61,237 nt of DNA from Candidatus Bathyarchaeota archaeon (GCA_005883075.1 VBAX01000050.1:3226-64462), one strand, 5' to 3'. Shown: positions 39,713 to 48,872, counted from the stretch's first letter. The notes: generated by a model not told the origin, from the sequence alone. Made by a program: numbers and translations.

Positions 39713-39824
39713 GGTTCTTGCCTAGGTTTCCGCGGACAGTGTGCGTCCCCGCTTCCTGGACTCGTTTGGGACGGCGCTTTAGAAGAGTCCAAGCTCGGAA
39801 AGCGAAAGCGACGCGTTCGATTTC

Positions 39825-39840
39825 AAATATAAGTGTTTCG
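39825..39840 (-). promoter_or_regulatory. BRE-TATA candidate for tfb
   Basis: The minus strand reads CGAAACAC-TTATATTT, implying a leader of about 90 nt. Confidence 0.4.
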
Positions 39841-40120
39841 ACAAGTATATAGGCTAGGTCGGGTTCCGACGCGCTCTCCGTGCAACCGATTTCGGGTGGT
39901 CCGATTGCAGGTGGGACCAGCACTTGCGTAGTAAGATGCTCTACGCCATACCCCCCCCAGTTGCGAGAGCGTTCCCTTCGAGCGAGATCTCCTTGCTAGT
40001 CTCGCGATTCAGAATCCAGTCCAGGCTTTGATCGAAAGGCAAGAAGACAAGACTCCTTCCACCAGTTCCGAACGCTTTCTTGGGCAGAATGAATTCCGGC
40101 TTTCCGACTCTTCTCTTCAA

Positions 40121-40345
40121 CCACTCTTGCGTCGCGAGGTGCCCTGCTCTTATCCCCGCCTCCCGTTTTCTAGAGAAGATTTTCTGTCTGGCATTGATAA
40201 TTGGCGAGACCGGCGGGTCAGGGCGTCATCCGGGTTTAGATGATAAGGGAAAACACGGGAAATATATGGCCGTTTCCGAACGATTTCCCGCGAGTTGTTA
40301 AGGGATTCCCAGATTCGAGATCAGGGCTGATTCTGGGCGATTTGC
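40121..40345 (-). repeat. Dispersed ~215-bp intergenic element, copy C
   Basis: The reverse complement shares AATCGCCC..ATCAGCCCTGATCT, GCCAGACAG and CTCGCGACGCAAGAG blocks with copies A and B. Confidence 0.85.
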
Positions 40346-40597
40346 TTACCAACCACACCCCTATACATTGATCCTTCAGCTCGGATCGTACAGAATCTAT
40401 TAGGGATCGCGCGGAGTCCCTTTCTTCTCGCGCTTCAAGAGGGGCCAAAGCGGCGACTTTCAAGCTCTCAACTCACAACAAACTGTCGTCCGGGATGTTC
40501 CCTGCAAGAGGCGGATGCTCGACCACTCTTGGTTCTCTCCATATCCAAACTCAACGAAACCTATTATGGCTAGTCAAAGAGCAACCGAGAACTTCGT

Positions 40598-40738
40598 AGC
40601 CCGGTGGTGTAGTGGTCTAGCATAGCATGGGCGTTTCGGGCCAGAAACACGGAAGCGTCCCTAGTCGGCTCTGGATCCCCTCGAACAGAGGGTTGGAGCA
40701 ACCTGCTGACGGGAGTTCGAATCTCCCCCGGGCTACCA
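40598..40738 (+). tRNA. tRNA-Gln(CUG) with two introns (29/30 at 40628-40666; 37/38 at 40675-40700) and encoded CCA
   Basis: Removing both introns gives a 76-nt cloverleaf: AGCCCGG/CCGGGCT acceptor (A1-U72), GCAGG/CCTGC anticodon stem with CTCTGGA loop, and GGGAG-TTCGAAT-CTCCC T arm. Confidence 0.93.
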
Positions 40739-40782
40739 CGATAGTCGCATGAAGCGTGCTGCTTTCTCAGCAGCGTCGGTGT

Positions 40783-41397
40783 TTAGAAATTCTTCAGCTC
40801 CGAACTCCAGAACCTTCGCAGAAGGAGCCCCGTGACAAGACCTCCGATATGCGCAAAGAACCCTCCCCCAGCGAAAATGTCCAAACCGACGATGAATATG
40901 ATCAAGACGACGCCTCGGAGCCCAGTTGCTGCCCCCATTATGCCGTAGACCGCACCTGAGGCGCCGACCCCGCAACTCAAGTAGAGAGAGTTGGGGAAGC
41001 CGGTAAGAAAAAATCCGGCAAGATCGGCCCCCACGAAGGTTAGGTTCCCCGCGATACCAGTGAGAAAAAAAGTGGTCATCCAACGGGTTTTCGTAACCTG
41101 TTCTTCAAGAATGAACCCGAAGAGTAACAGAAATAGGATATTGCTCGCGATATGGATGATACTCGCATGAAGAAAAATTGAAGTCACCAAAGTCCATGGA
41201 TAGATAGGTAATGGTCCGTCGCACTGGGCCAGAAATTGAAGTACGGACGAGGGTGTCGAGAGAGGACTGATAAAGTCCCCTACCAGGAACCCAATAACTA
41301 CGTAAACACAGATGAGTATGAGGGAAAAGACGAAAGTTGGGGAGGTCAGGTGTGGGTTTGATTTCTTCTCTACAGACGCTTGGATATTTTCGGGCAC
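40783..41397 (-). CDS. Rhomboid-family intramembrane serine protease
   Basis: FLHASIIHIASN, GASGAVY and AHIGG motifs. Confidence 0.93.
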   Translation of the reverse strand: MPENIQASVEKKSNPHLTSPTFVFSLILICVYVVIGFLVGDFISPLSTPSSVLQFLAQCDGPLPIYPWTLVTSIFLHASIIHIASNILFLLLFGFILEEQVTKTRWMTTFFLTGIAGNLTFVGADLAGFFLTGFPNSLYLSCGVGASGAVYGIMGAATGLRGVVLIIFIVGLDIFAGGGFFAHIGGLVTGLLLRRFWSSELKNF

Positions 41398-41537
41398 GAG
41401 ACAATCCGGTCTTCACCACCATATAACCTGGGGCGAAGAAACCGCTCCTACTACTAACGAAGCACCCCTTCGGTACGCAGAATCCAAGAGCCCTTATCTT
41501 GCAGACTGCGGATTTCAGCTCGCGGTGAGCCGCCGTC

Positions 41538-42140
41538 CTAGAGAGAAAGGAACTGTTGACTTGAGCCTCGTCTCTTTCGTCGAATCCAAAGAGCACCAAC
41601 CAAAGCGGCCAACGCGATTATCCCCAATTGAGACAGGTTTGCGAAAATCGACTGAACATCCGATTTCTGAAGAACTCGGTTCAAAGGTGTCAGATCAAAC
41701 GGCTTCGATGGCGAATTGTATAACCAAACCACCGTTAGTCCGATTAGAAGCATAAAGACGAAAACAAGATGTCCATAGTCTGTCTTCCTTTCTACCATCG
41801 TAGAGGACTCAGGTTCAGGATTGAACCCCTGAAATCGGCTTACATCTTCCGTCTCAGCAATCTCCTCTAGTGCCACATGATCCTCTTTCCCAAGTTTCTG
41901 CTTGAGCTCGGTCTGCCTAGTAAGGCTAGCAAGAATGTCGTCGGTGGTAATCCTGTCCTTCTTCTCTCTAGTCGGTCGGCCAGAAAAAGCCGAATCGGTG
42001 ACGAGCCTTGTGAGATTTGGAATTCGAACCCACTGCTCTCCCCTCACGTATCTATTGGGAGGATCGCGAATTTGAGGATGAGAGTGCTCATCAATACCGA
42101 TCTCAGGACTGCTTCCCGTCTCCTCTTTGACTCGTGTCAT
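41538..42140 (-). CDS. Hypothetical protein with two C-terminal TM segments
   Basis: ATG 42140 chosen as the start; hydrophobic C-terminal helices. Confidence 0.6.
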   Translation of the reverse strand: MTRVKEETGSSPEIGIDEHSHPQIRDPPNRYVRGEQWVRIPNLTRLVTDSAFSGRPTREKKDRITTDDILASLTRQTELKQKLGKEDHVALEEIAETEDVSRFQGFNPEPESSTMVERKTDYGHLVFVFMLLIGLTVVWLYNSPSKPFDLTPLNRVLQKSDVQSIFANLSQLGIIALAALVGALWIRRKRRGSSQQFLSL

Positions 42141-42244
42141 AAAGATATGGTGTGATCGTTTTCGCACCAGTCTCCAGAAAACCGAAGGAATTGTCCCTGG
42201 TAGCCCAAGCTTTATCCTTGAAATTCTGGCCAATTTTCTGGGAT

Positions 42245-42736
42245 TTGTCCCGATCAAATCGTAAATACCAGCTTGTGGCTCTTGGCGGAACCTTCGACCT
42301 CTTACACGCGGGCCACCGGCACTTGCTCTCTGAAGCTTTTAAGCTCGGAGACACGGTTTTGATCGGAATTACAAGTGACCAGTTTGTTGCGACCCTCCAT
42401 AAGAAACACCGAGTTCGTCCGTTTTCAAGTCGAGTTCGTGACCTGGACCGGTTCCTAAGGACTCGGCGCTGGTCGTCGAGAGCAAGAGTGACTGCCCTTC
42501 GCGAACCTTACGGACCCGCGGCCAAACGAAAGAAATTGCAGGCACTGATAGTGAGTAAGGGTACTGTAGCGAGCGGCCGTCGATTGAACCGGCTCAGGCG
42601 GCGGAATGGTCTTCAACCGTTAGATCTATTCGTCGTCAATTTGCTCAAGGCTACGGATGGAAAACCGATCTCAACGACACGAATTAGAAATGGGGAAATC
42701 GATCTTCAAGGGCGTGCCTTGAGGACTCGCCGTTGA
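42245..42736 (+). CDS. coaD: Phosphopantetheine adenylyltransferase, archaeal type
   Basis: GGTFDLLHAGH (HxGH), PYGPA, IVSKGT and ISTTRIRNGEID motifs. Confidence 0.88.
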   Translation: MSRSNRKYQLVALGGTFDLLHAGHRHLLSEAFKLGDTVLIGITSDQFVATLHKKHRVRPFSSRVRDLDRFLRTRRWSSRARVTALREPYGPAAKRKKLQALIVSKGTVASGRRLNRLRRRNGLQPLDLFVVNLLKATDGKPISTTRIRNGEIDLQGRALRTRR

Positions 42737-42788
42737 GCGTTCAATTTATTGGATGTATGCCAATGGTCCAGTTTATTGGAGACCTATT

Positions 42789-43184
42789 TCACCTAACTTC
42801 GTAACCGCTTTCTGAGGAATAGACCTTCATCATCTGCTCGAGCTCGTGCATGAACCCTCCGCTCATGTGCCACTTGGAATCGCGTTTCTCTATGAATCCT
42901 GCTCCAACAAGTCCATGAATCATGTTGTAGAATTGTCCGACACTCATCCCCCTTTTCGAAATCCAGTCTTTCCATGCCTGGATTGGCAGACCACTAGGTT
43001 CCGCTTTCTTGACTTCCTTCCAGAAGTTGTGAGCTTCCCCGGCAAGAAAGTCGCTCTTCCAGAAAACTCTACGGAAGAGTTCCTCTGGAGTACTAGGCAG
43101 GTTCCCCGCTTTGAACAAGATCGTGGTTTTTTGCTTGGCTGGTCTTCGAACTGCTCTTCGGGGCAAGTGTTTCGCGTCCGACAA
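42789..43184 (-). CDS. Hypothetical wHTH-like protein
   Basis: C-terminal QFYNMIHGLVGAGFIEK resembles a wHTH recognition helix and wing. Confidence 0.65.
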   Translation of the reverse strand: MSDAKHLPRRAVRRPAKQKTTILFKAGNLPSTPEELFRRVFWKSDFLAGEAHNFWKEVKKAEPSGLPIQAWKDWISKRGMSVGQFYNMIHGLVGAGFIEKRDSKWHMSGGFMHELEQMMKVYSSESGYEVR

Positions 43185-43420
43185 CGGGCAATTTCGCCTT
43201 TCGTTTAATCCTTATGGTTGCTGAAGAATCTGTAAGCTGAGAGAAAAAGATGGATTGTTGGCTGAGAGATTTCTAACGTAACTTCTTCGATGAATCACGC
43301 CTAACTTGTCCCCCTATATCCTTGCGTAACTTCCTGAGAATAGGCGAACCTTTCGATTCTTCGCAGTTTGCCTTCATCGTTTCGGAGGATTTTCTCCGCC
43401 ACCTAGGAGCTTTGTGTGGG

Positions 43421-44047
43421 TTAGGACTCGTCCAGGAGCTGTTTCTTCTCTTCGAGGGAGAGTTCTTCAACATACACGGCCGTCGCCCTCAAGTCTTTAT
43501 GTCCCATGAGACTCTGGACTTTCCAAGGGTCCCTACCGGTCTTTCTAGCCCAGAATGTCCCGAAATAGGCACGTTGACGGTGATTGTGGAGACGATCCCA
43601 GTCGGGAACACCCGCGAGTTTTGCATATTTTCGCAGGATGTTTGTTCCATGTTGTTCTGAGAGAGAGATAATCCTCTCGCCCATCTGAGCCTTTGAGGCG
43701 AGTTTCTGAGCAAGTCTAAGCCACTTCCTCCCAGGATAATCGGGTTCTGTTTTTCCTCCTTTGAAGTGAATCATTATTGTCTCCTCACCCACGTCCTCTT
43801 TCCTTATTCCCGGAAGATCCACGATACACACAACCCTCTCCCCGGTCCTCTTCCTTGTGTAGGTTACCTTGTTATGGCAACCCACAATGCTCCCGATGCG
43901 CCATCCGCGCTCGAGTTGGAGCCCTAAGAGAAGGTGATCTCGAGGAACTGCCTGGGCCAACTCGATCATGCGATTCTTTTGAGAGTCTGATATTCGTGTC
44001 TCGCCTCGTCCGTCTCTACTTATTCGCATCTGAGAACTCGCCAGCAA
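43421..44047 (-). CDS. Tyrosine recombinase/integrase, catalytic domain only (about 202-208 aa)
   Basis: R (GWRIGSI), K (KGGK), H-x-x-R (HRQR), H (LMGH) and Y (TAVY) appear in order. Confidence 0.9.
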   Translation of the reverse strand: MLASSQMRISRDGRGETRISDSQKNRMIELAQAVPRDHLLLGLQLERGWRIGSIVGCHNKVTYTRKRTGERVVCIVDLPGIRKEDVGEETIMIHFKGGKTEPDYPGRKWLRLAQKLASKAQMGERIISLSEQHGTNILRKYAKLAGVPDWDRLHNHRQRAYFGTFWARKTGRDPWKVQSLMGHKDLRATAVYVEELSLEEKKQLLDES

Positions 44048-44163
44048 CTGTTTTTCTTTCCCTCATCTCCCCAATGTACCCCCAATTCCTAAATTCTCCC
44101 ATGTGTTCCAAAAAGCCTCAACGTTTTCGTGCCCTATCCGGGTATTGGTAGCGGTGAGATAAG

Positions 44164-44191
44164 ACTTGCTAAAACTGCACTTTTAGCAAAT
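44164..44191. other. dif/att-like 11-6-11 inverted repeat, putative recombinase site
   Basis: ACTTGCTAAAA-CTGCAC-TTTTAGCAAAT; arms match 10/11 and the inner 9 bp are perfect. Confidence 0.6.
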
Positions 44192-44316
44192 ACTCGTGCG
44201 CATTAGTAGCATTGGGCAAATGGAATTCAAGAGCGCAATCCTTCTTTCCACCACCACTCCCTCGGTCTGGAGCCTAGACCTACACGCTCCTTCTCTGGCC
44301 ATTGTCCGCGGCTTAG

Positions 44317-44357
44317 TCCAATTTTTTGGAGGATTGATGAACCTCCAAAATTTTGGA
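44317..44357. repeat. 16-bp imperfect inverted repeat (hairpin)
   Basis: TCCAATTTTTTGGAGG-9 nt-CCTCCAAAATTTTGGA, 14/16 paired; lies just 3' of the gene ending at 44381. Confidence 0.6.
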
Positions 44358-44380
44358 TCGTCAAATAATTTGGGCTCGGA

Positions 44381-44824
44381 TTATGTTGTATAGCGCGGTT
44401 CGGATTTCTTTTGTCCTTGCTGTTGCTGCGCCTGCATTTGCTCTGGAGGCAAACCCATGGGTGGAAGTGGTGGCGGAATTCCCAGACTTTTTGACAATAG
44501 AATTGCCTCAGCCATAGCAATGCTCGACACCGCCTGGATTATCGCGACAGGGGGAGGCCTGTTTTGTTTGTGCTCATCTATCATCCTAGAGACCTCTTCT
44601 TTTTCGCCGAACACCTGGGCCCGACCTTTGACACTGAGCTGTGCGACCGATGGATTATAATTCACCGTGAAAACAAAGGGAGCATCGGCAGTGGACTCGC
44701 TCTTCAAATCCAATCCGACAATATTGATATTAACGGCAATCTGGACCTGGGGCGGTAATTGTGATTCATAGCCCCAGAAACGTTCGCCTGTCAGGTTTGT
44801 GATCTGTACGGTCACCCTTAGCAT
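44381..44824 (-). CDS. Conserved-looking archaeal hypothetical protein (possibly SecB-like beta-sheet fold)
   Basis: Alternating beta strands followed by a helix and a GIPPPLPP motif; fold call is weak. Confidence 0.7.
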   Translation of the reverse strand: MLRVTVQITNLTGERFWGYESQLPPQVQIAVNINIVGLDLKSESTADAPFVFTVNYNPSVAQLSVKGRAQVFGEKEEVSRMIDEHKQNRPPPVAIIQAVSSIAMAEAILLSKSLGIPPPLPPMGLPPEQMQAQQQQGQKKSEPRYTT

Positions 44825-44862
44825 CAGGTTTGCAGCATAGGGCAAATAGCGCTGCGCGGATA

Positions 44863-45102
44863 TTATGGTTTCTGCCGAGTATCTCCGCTTTCAAACGACT
44901 GTTGAATGCTCTTTTGAGCCCTCTGGACGATCAGCTTGCGCCCATCAACCCTGATGGCAAGTAGATCTCCCTCTTTGAATGGAAAGCTAGAATCATCGGT
45001 CAGCTTTGTAGGTAGGTAAATTCGAGGGGACCTGTATTGAGTGCCCTCAGATCGAGCAGGCTTCTTTGCGACAGCGAATCTAGTTAGGATTTTCTTAACC
45101 AA
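44863..45102 (-). CDS. AbrB/SpoVT-like swapped-hairpin DNA-binding protein
   Basis: RIYLPTKL...FPFKEGD.L.I...LIV pattern. Confidence 0.7.
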   Translation of the reverse strand: MVKKILTRFAVAKKPARSEGTQYRSPRIYLPTKLTDDSSFPFKEGDLLAIRVDGRKLIVQRAQKSIQQSFESGDTRQKP

Positions 45103-45198
45103 TTTGCTACGCCTTGACGACTTGAATAGTTGACGTAGTTACACTATGAAGGGTTTTTAGGTATTGTGGCGCGATTCACGGTTCGAGGGGAATAGGTT

Positions 45199-45747
45199 TT
45201 GGATCAGCTTGTCCAGTTTTGGGAACTCGCTGCAAGACTAAAAGCCGAGCCGCGCAGAGGCTGGCTCCAGATGCTTCGTCACCAACGAAACGAGTCGGTC
45301 GCCGATCACTCGTTTGCTCTCTCGCTTCTCTGTCTATTCGAGGGCGAGAGACGAGGCTACAACGTGGAGAGATTGCTAAAGCTCGCATTATTGCATGACC
45401 TAGAAGAGGCGATTACGGGAGATCTCACTCCTCAAGACAAAGAGTCGCGGGGGGAAAATGTCGTTAAGACTCAGAAAATCTCCGCCCGAGAACAACTGCT
45501 TTCCTATTTTCCAAAGGAGAATCAGCGAGCTTACCGGGACCTGTGGTCGGAGCTGGAGAACGAAAAGAGTAAGGAAGCCCAGCTAGTTCACGAACTCGAT
45601 AAGCTGGAGATGGCACTTCAGGCGAACGAATATGCTAGGGGAGGCATCGAAGCGACGAAACTGAAGGAATTCTACGAGTCTTCTATGGCAGTAATCAAAG
45701 ATCCCAAGCTAAAGCGTCTCCTAGACGAAATTTCCTCTGGGAGCTGA
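45199..45747 (+). CDS. HD-domain hydrolase (YfbR/HDDC2-like deoxynucleotidase)
   Basis: RRGW, ESVADHS, LLHDLEEAITGD and ELDKLE motifs. Confidence 0.9.
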   Translation: MDQLVQFWELAARLKAEPRRGWLQMLRHQRNESVADHSFALSLLCLFEGERRGYNVERLLKLALLHDLEEAITGDLTPQDKESRGENVVKTQKISAREQLLSYFPKENQRAYRDLWSELENEKSKEAQLVHELDKLEMALQANEYARGGIEATKLKEFYESSMAVIKDPKLKRLLDEISSGS

Positions 45748-45812
45748 GATCGGTTCCATCCGGATGGCGCCGGCCATGGATAATGGCTCCAGTTTATTCG
45801 ACAATGGTTCGA

Positions 45813-46349
45813 CTAGATTTGAGTAACGACTGCGACGCGCACTTGAGCCGCCTTTGTTAGATACTCTTTCGGAAACAAAGTCTTGAAGTCTCTCGCTAGA
45901 ATCGACATGTATTCCCCGATTTCGTCTTCACTCATGAATTGGAACATGTAGCCTCCATTGTAGGGGGAGGCTTCTCCCTCACGCTTCATGAACTCAATGT
46001 GCATTAGGGGGTCGCCCCTCTTGATTGTTATTGGCTGTCGCTCGTTGCTGAGGTTAACCAGCTCGAGGGCGAGCCGACCTATGAATCCGCTGTGGACCTT
46101 TGCGGCGTTCAGAAACGAAAGCCCCATTCTACCGTACTTACTCTTGGCAGTGAGATGCGCAACAAATTCCGGAGGAGTAAACACAACCTCGTTTGAGACA
46201 AGGTTCTGATGTTCCAGATAATGAAGCGTTCTCTCCTCCTTTACCGTGAGAACATAGCCATCTCCGTCAAGCAGCCCGTAGTCAAATGGATGAATGCACT
46301 TGTGAGCCTTTATCAGGCTAACCAGTTGGTTCTTGCCAATCACGCACAT
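45813..46349 (-). CDS. dcd: dCTP deaminase-family protein
   Basis: AKSKYGRMG, HSGFIG and LELVNL motifs; trimeric dUTPase superfamily. Confidence 0.78.
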   Translation of the reverse strand: MCVIGKNQLVSLIKAHKCIHPFDYGLLDGDGYVLTVKEERTLHYLEHQNLVSNEVVFTPPEFVAHLTAKSKYGRMGLSFLNAAKVHSGFIGRLALELVNLSNERQPITIKRGDPLMHIEFMKREGEASPYNGGYMFQFMSEDEIGEYMSILARDFKTLFPKEYLTKAAQVRVAVVTQI

Positions 46350-46397
46350 AGTAAATCGCTTGTTCGAGGGTCGAATTTGATAGTTTCGGTGTGGGTA

Positions 46398-46922
46398 TCA
46401 CACGACAGATGTCTGGACGACTTGGATCGACAAGACAGCTGGATTCGCTAAGACAAGGGACTCATCGAAACTTAACAGCAGTAGAACGTCTCCAAAGCCG
46501 TTCGGAGGGATGGGTAGCGTGAAGTTAGCATTCAATGTCGGGGTATTTGATAGCGAAACGCGAGAGGACCCTACAAGCGCGGTCGAATTCGTCATGACCA
46601 ATCGAATCGCATCATATCTGCCCGAGGTTATCTGGGCAGAGGCCACGATCTGTGGTAAAAACTGAGAGGCTATAGGGATGAGATCGATGGTTGGGGTCGT
46701 CTCAGTAACGTTGAACCATCCAGCACCGAATCCAAAACCGTAAGTGTGGAATTGCAAGTTCGCGAACTTGACGTAGAGATGGTCAATGACACCATGGGGA
46801 GTCAATCCATAAATGTGGAGCTTGATGGTGCCCTGAGTTATCGAGGGCGCCAAGGCAATGATTAGCACGACAACGAGTACCGCGACGAAGATCACTCGCC
46901 GCCATCCGGGGTAAAGATACAT
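46398..46922 (-). CDS. Exported/membrane-anchored protein (DUF4382-like)
   Basis: N-terminal TM; GRYDAIRL beta-sandwich segment. Confidence 0.6.
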   Translation of the reverse strand: MYLYPGWRRVIFVAVLVVVLIIALAPSITQGTIKLHIYGLTPHGVIDHLYVKFANLQFHTYGFGFGAGWFNVTETTPTIDLIPIASQFLPQIVASAQITSGRYDAIRLVMTNSTALVGSSRVSLSNTPTLNANFTLPIPPNGFGDVLLLLSFDESLVLANPAVLSIQVVQTSVV

Positions 46923-46980
46923 TGGTATTATGGCGCTTGGGAGAAAACACTGCTATTTAACAACCGACAAGCTTTGTGGT

Positions 46981-47646
46981 TCAGGCCACGCTTCTGTTGG
47001 ACGCAGGTCCCCGGGCTGTGAAGAAGAGGTTCATCAGCAGGTTCTCATAGAACAAATTTGAATCAGCAAAGAAACTCGACAATAAAACCTTCAACTGAGG
47101 CTTTGAGAAATTATTGTGAAACGGTTCAGATTGGGGATGGGTCACACTTAGAACGTTTCGGAACCTCCACAATGGATTGCTACTTGGAACTGAACCTATG
47201 AAAGTACCATTAGCTCTCATTACTCTTGCAATTTCCCCGAGAGCCCGAGCGGGACGATACAGATGCTCGACCACTTCTGTGCAAACTACAAAATCCGCCA
47301 GACCATTTCGAAGCGGCAAGTGCTCGACGTCGCATTGTACAAAGTCGGCGTCCGAAATTCGTTTCTTTGCCCGGTCAAGGTTCCATCGATTGATATCAAC
47401 GCCAACAATACGCGAAGACCGAATGTACCTAGTAATCAAACCGGTTCCGCAGCCGATATCCAGCGCGAACTGTGATTTGCCAATCCTTCGAATCAACCTC
47501 TTGGCAACGGTGGATCTTCCCCAATGGAAGATCCTCTCTAGGGCCCTAGGGTCGGTTACCCAATCGTAGAACTCACCCACGATATAATAGCACTTCACGC
47601 TTCGAGCGTCATCATGTGGGGGCGAGTCCATATCAGCAGTCCCCAT
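46981..47646 (-). CDS. Class I SAM-dependent methyltransferase
   Basis: LDIGCGTG, GVDIN and CTEVVEHL motifs. Confidence 0.9.
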   Translation of the reverse strand: MGTADMDSPPHDDARSVKCYYIVGEFYDWVTDPRALERIFHWGRSTVAKRLIRRIGKSQFALDIGCGTGLITRYIRSSRIVGVDINRWNLDRAKKRISDADFVQCDVEHLPLRNGLADFVVCTEVVEHLYRPARALGEIARVMRANGTFIGSVPSSNPLWRFRNVLSVTHPQSEPFHNNFSKPQLKVLLSSFFADSNLFYENLLMNLFFTARGPASNRSVA

Positions 47647-47880
47647 CAGTCAATTGAACATCGCAATCTCGTGACGCGTTCGACCAAATACAACGTCCCC
47701 AGCAAGAGAAGCATGAGAACATAGCTCGCCCCTAAGGGCGTTAAATTTGCCTAAAGTAAATAGAGCTTGACTGTGGCTCAGGGCCGTCATTTGAATACCT
47801 AGTCTTGCTTCGGAAAGGAGACGTCAAAGACAAAAGGAACCTCGCCTTGGTGCCCGGTTCTTCGAAGAGACAAAACGAGC

Positions 47881-48831
47881 TTGCCGCGTCAAACCCCCAT
47901 AACGGTTCTCGCCCTGGGCGGGAACGCTATTCTTCAACGCAAGCAACAGGGGACCTTCGACGAACAATATGAGAACGTAAGATCCACAGCGACTCAAATT
48001 GCGACGCTCGTAGATCAAGGTCTTAGAGTTGTCATCGTCCATGGAAACGGCCCACAGATAGGTGCAACTGTCATAAGGCATGAGATGGGTCGGACGAAAG
48101 TACCTCCCCTGCCCCTACACGCTTGCGGAGCAGAAACCCAAGGATTCCTGGGATACATCATTCAACAATCTCTTCAAGACGAATTATCCAAGCGTCAAAC
48201 GAGCAAGGCAGTTGCAACGGTTGTCACACAGGTCCTAGTGGACCGGAACGACCCTGCATTCAAGCACCCGTCAAAGCCTATTGGGCCATTCTACACAAAG
48301 GCGCAGCGAGATACCTTGTTGAGAGAGAGAAGCGACCTTGTTATTGAAGAGGATTCAGGCAGGGGATACAGAAGACTCGTTCCATCACCGGACCCTAAGG
48401 CCGTCATAGAGGATGAAGCAATCCGGGTTCTTGTCGACGACGAGTCCGTGGTAATTGCATGCGGAGGCGGAGGAATACCAGTCATAAGACAAGGCAACCG
48501 GCTGCAGGGTATAGAGGCGGTGATAGACAAGGATCTTGCAGCTGAAAGATTGGCTACATCGATTCATGCGGAAAACCTAGTTATTCTGACCGATGTTGAA
48601 GGTGTCTACACTAATTACGGTAAACAAGACCAACATCTATTGTCAAAGATTAGCCGAGATGAACTTGAAAGGTACGCGAAGAAGGGGTCTTTCTCCGCCG
48701 GGAGCATGGGCCCGAAAGTGGAAGCCGCAATAAGGTTCCTCCGGAACGGCGGAAAAAGATCGGTCATAGCTAATCTCGGAGACCTTGGCAGAGCAATCAA
48801 AGGCTCTGCTGGGACACAAGTAACAAATTAA
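47881..48831 (+). CDS. arcC: Carbamate kinase
   Basis: ALGGNA, VHGNGPQIG, KPIGPFY, GGGGIPV, VIDKD and GSMGPK motifs. Confidence 0.95.
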   Translation: MPRQTPITVLALGGNAILQRKQQGTFDEQYENVRSTATQIATLVDQGLRVVIVHGNGPQIGATVIRHEMGRTKVPPLPLHACGAETQGFLGYIIQQSLQDELSKRQTSKAVATVVTQVLVDRNDPAFKHPSKPIGPFYTKAQRDTLLRERSDLVIEEDSGRGYRRLVPSPDPKAVIEDEAIRVLVDDESVVIACGGGGIPVIRQGNRLQGIEAVIDKDLAAERLATSIHAENLVILTDVEGVYTNYGKQDQHLLSKISRDELERYAKKGSFSAGSMGPKVEAAIRFLRNGGKRSVIANLGDLGRAIKGSAGTQVTN

Positions 48832-48872
48832 GAATATCAAGCGATCATTACCAACCAGGCTGCTTTCACATC

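Noticed and set aside
43273-43473. 66-aa ORF overlapping the recombinase 3' end
   Set aside because: Ser/Arg-rich off-frame sequence with no motif.
40598-44047. Integrated element between tRNA-Gln and the recombinase
   Set aside because: I found no duplicated tRNA 3' end or att repeat, and the intervening genes (rhomboid, coaD) are housekeeping.
47646-47714. 22-aa hydrophobic uORF (MLLLLGTLYLVERVTRLRCSID) with TGATG overlap onto the methyltransferase
   Set aside because: Too short to separate from chance or a decayed gene remnant without comparative data.
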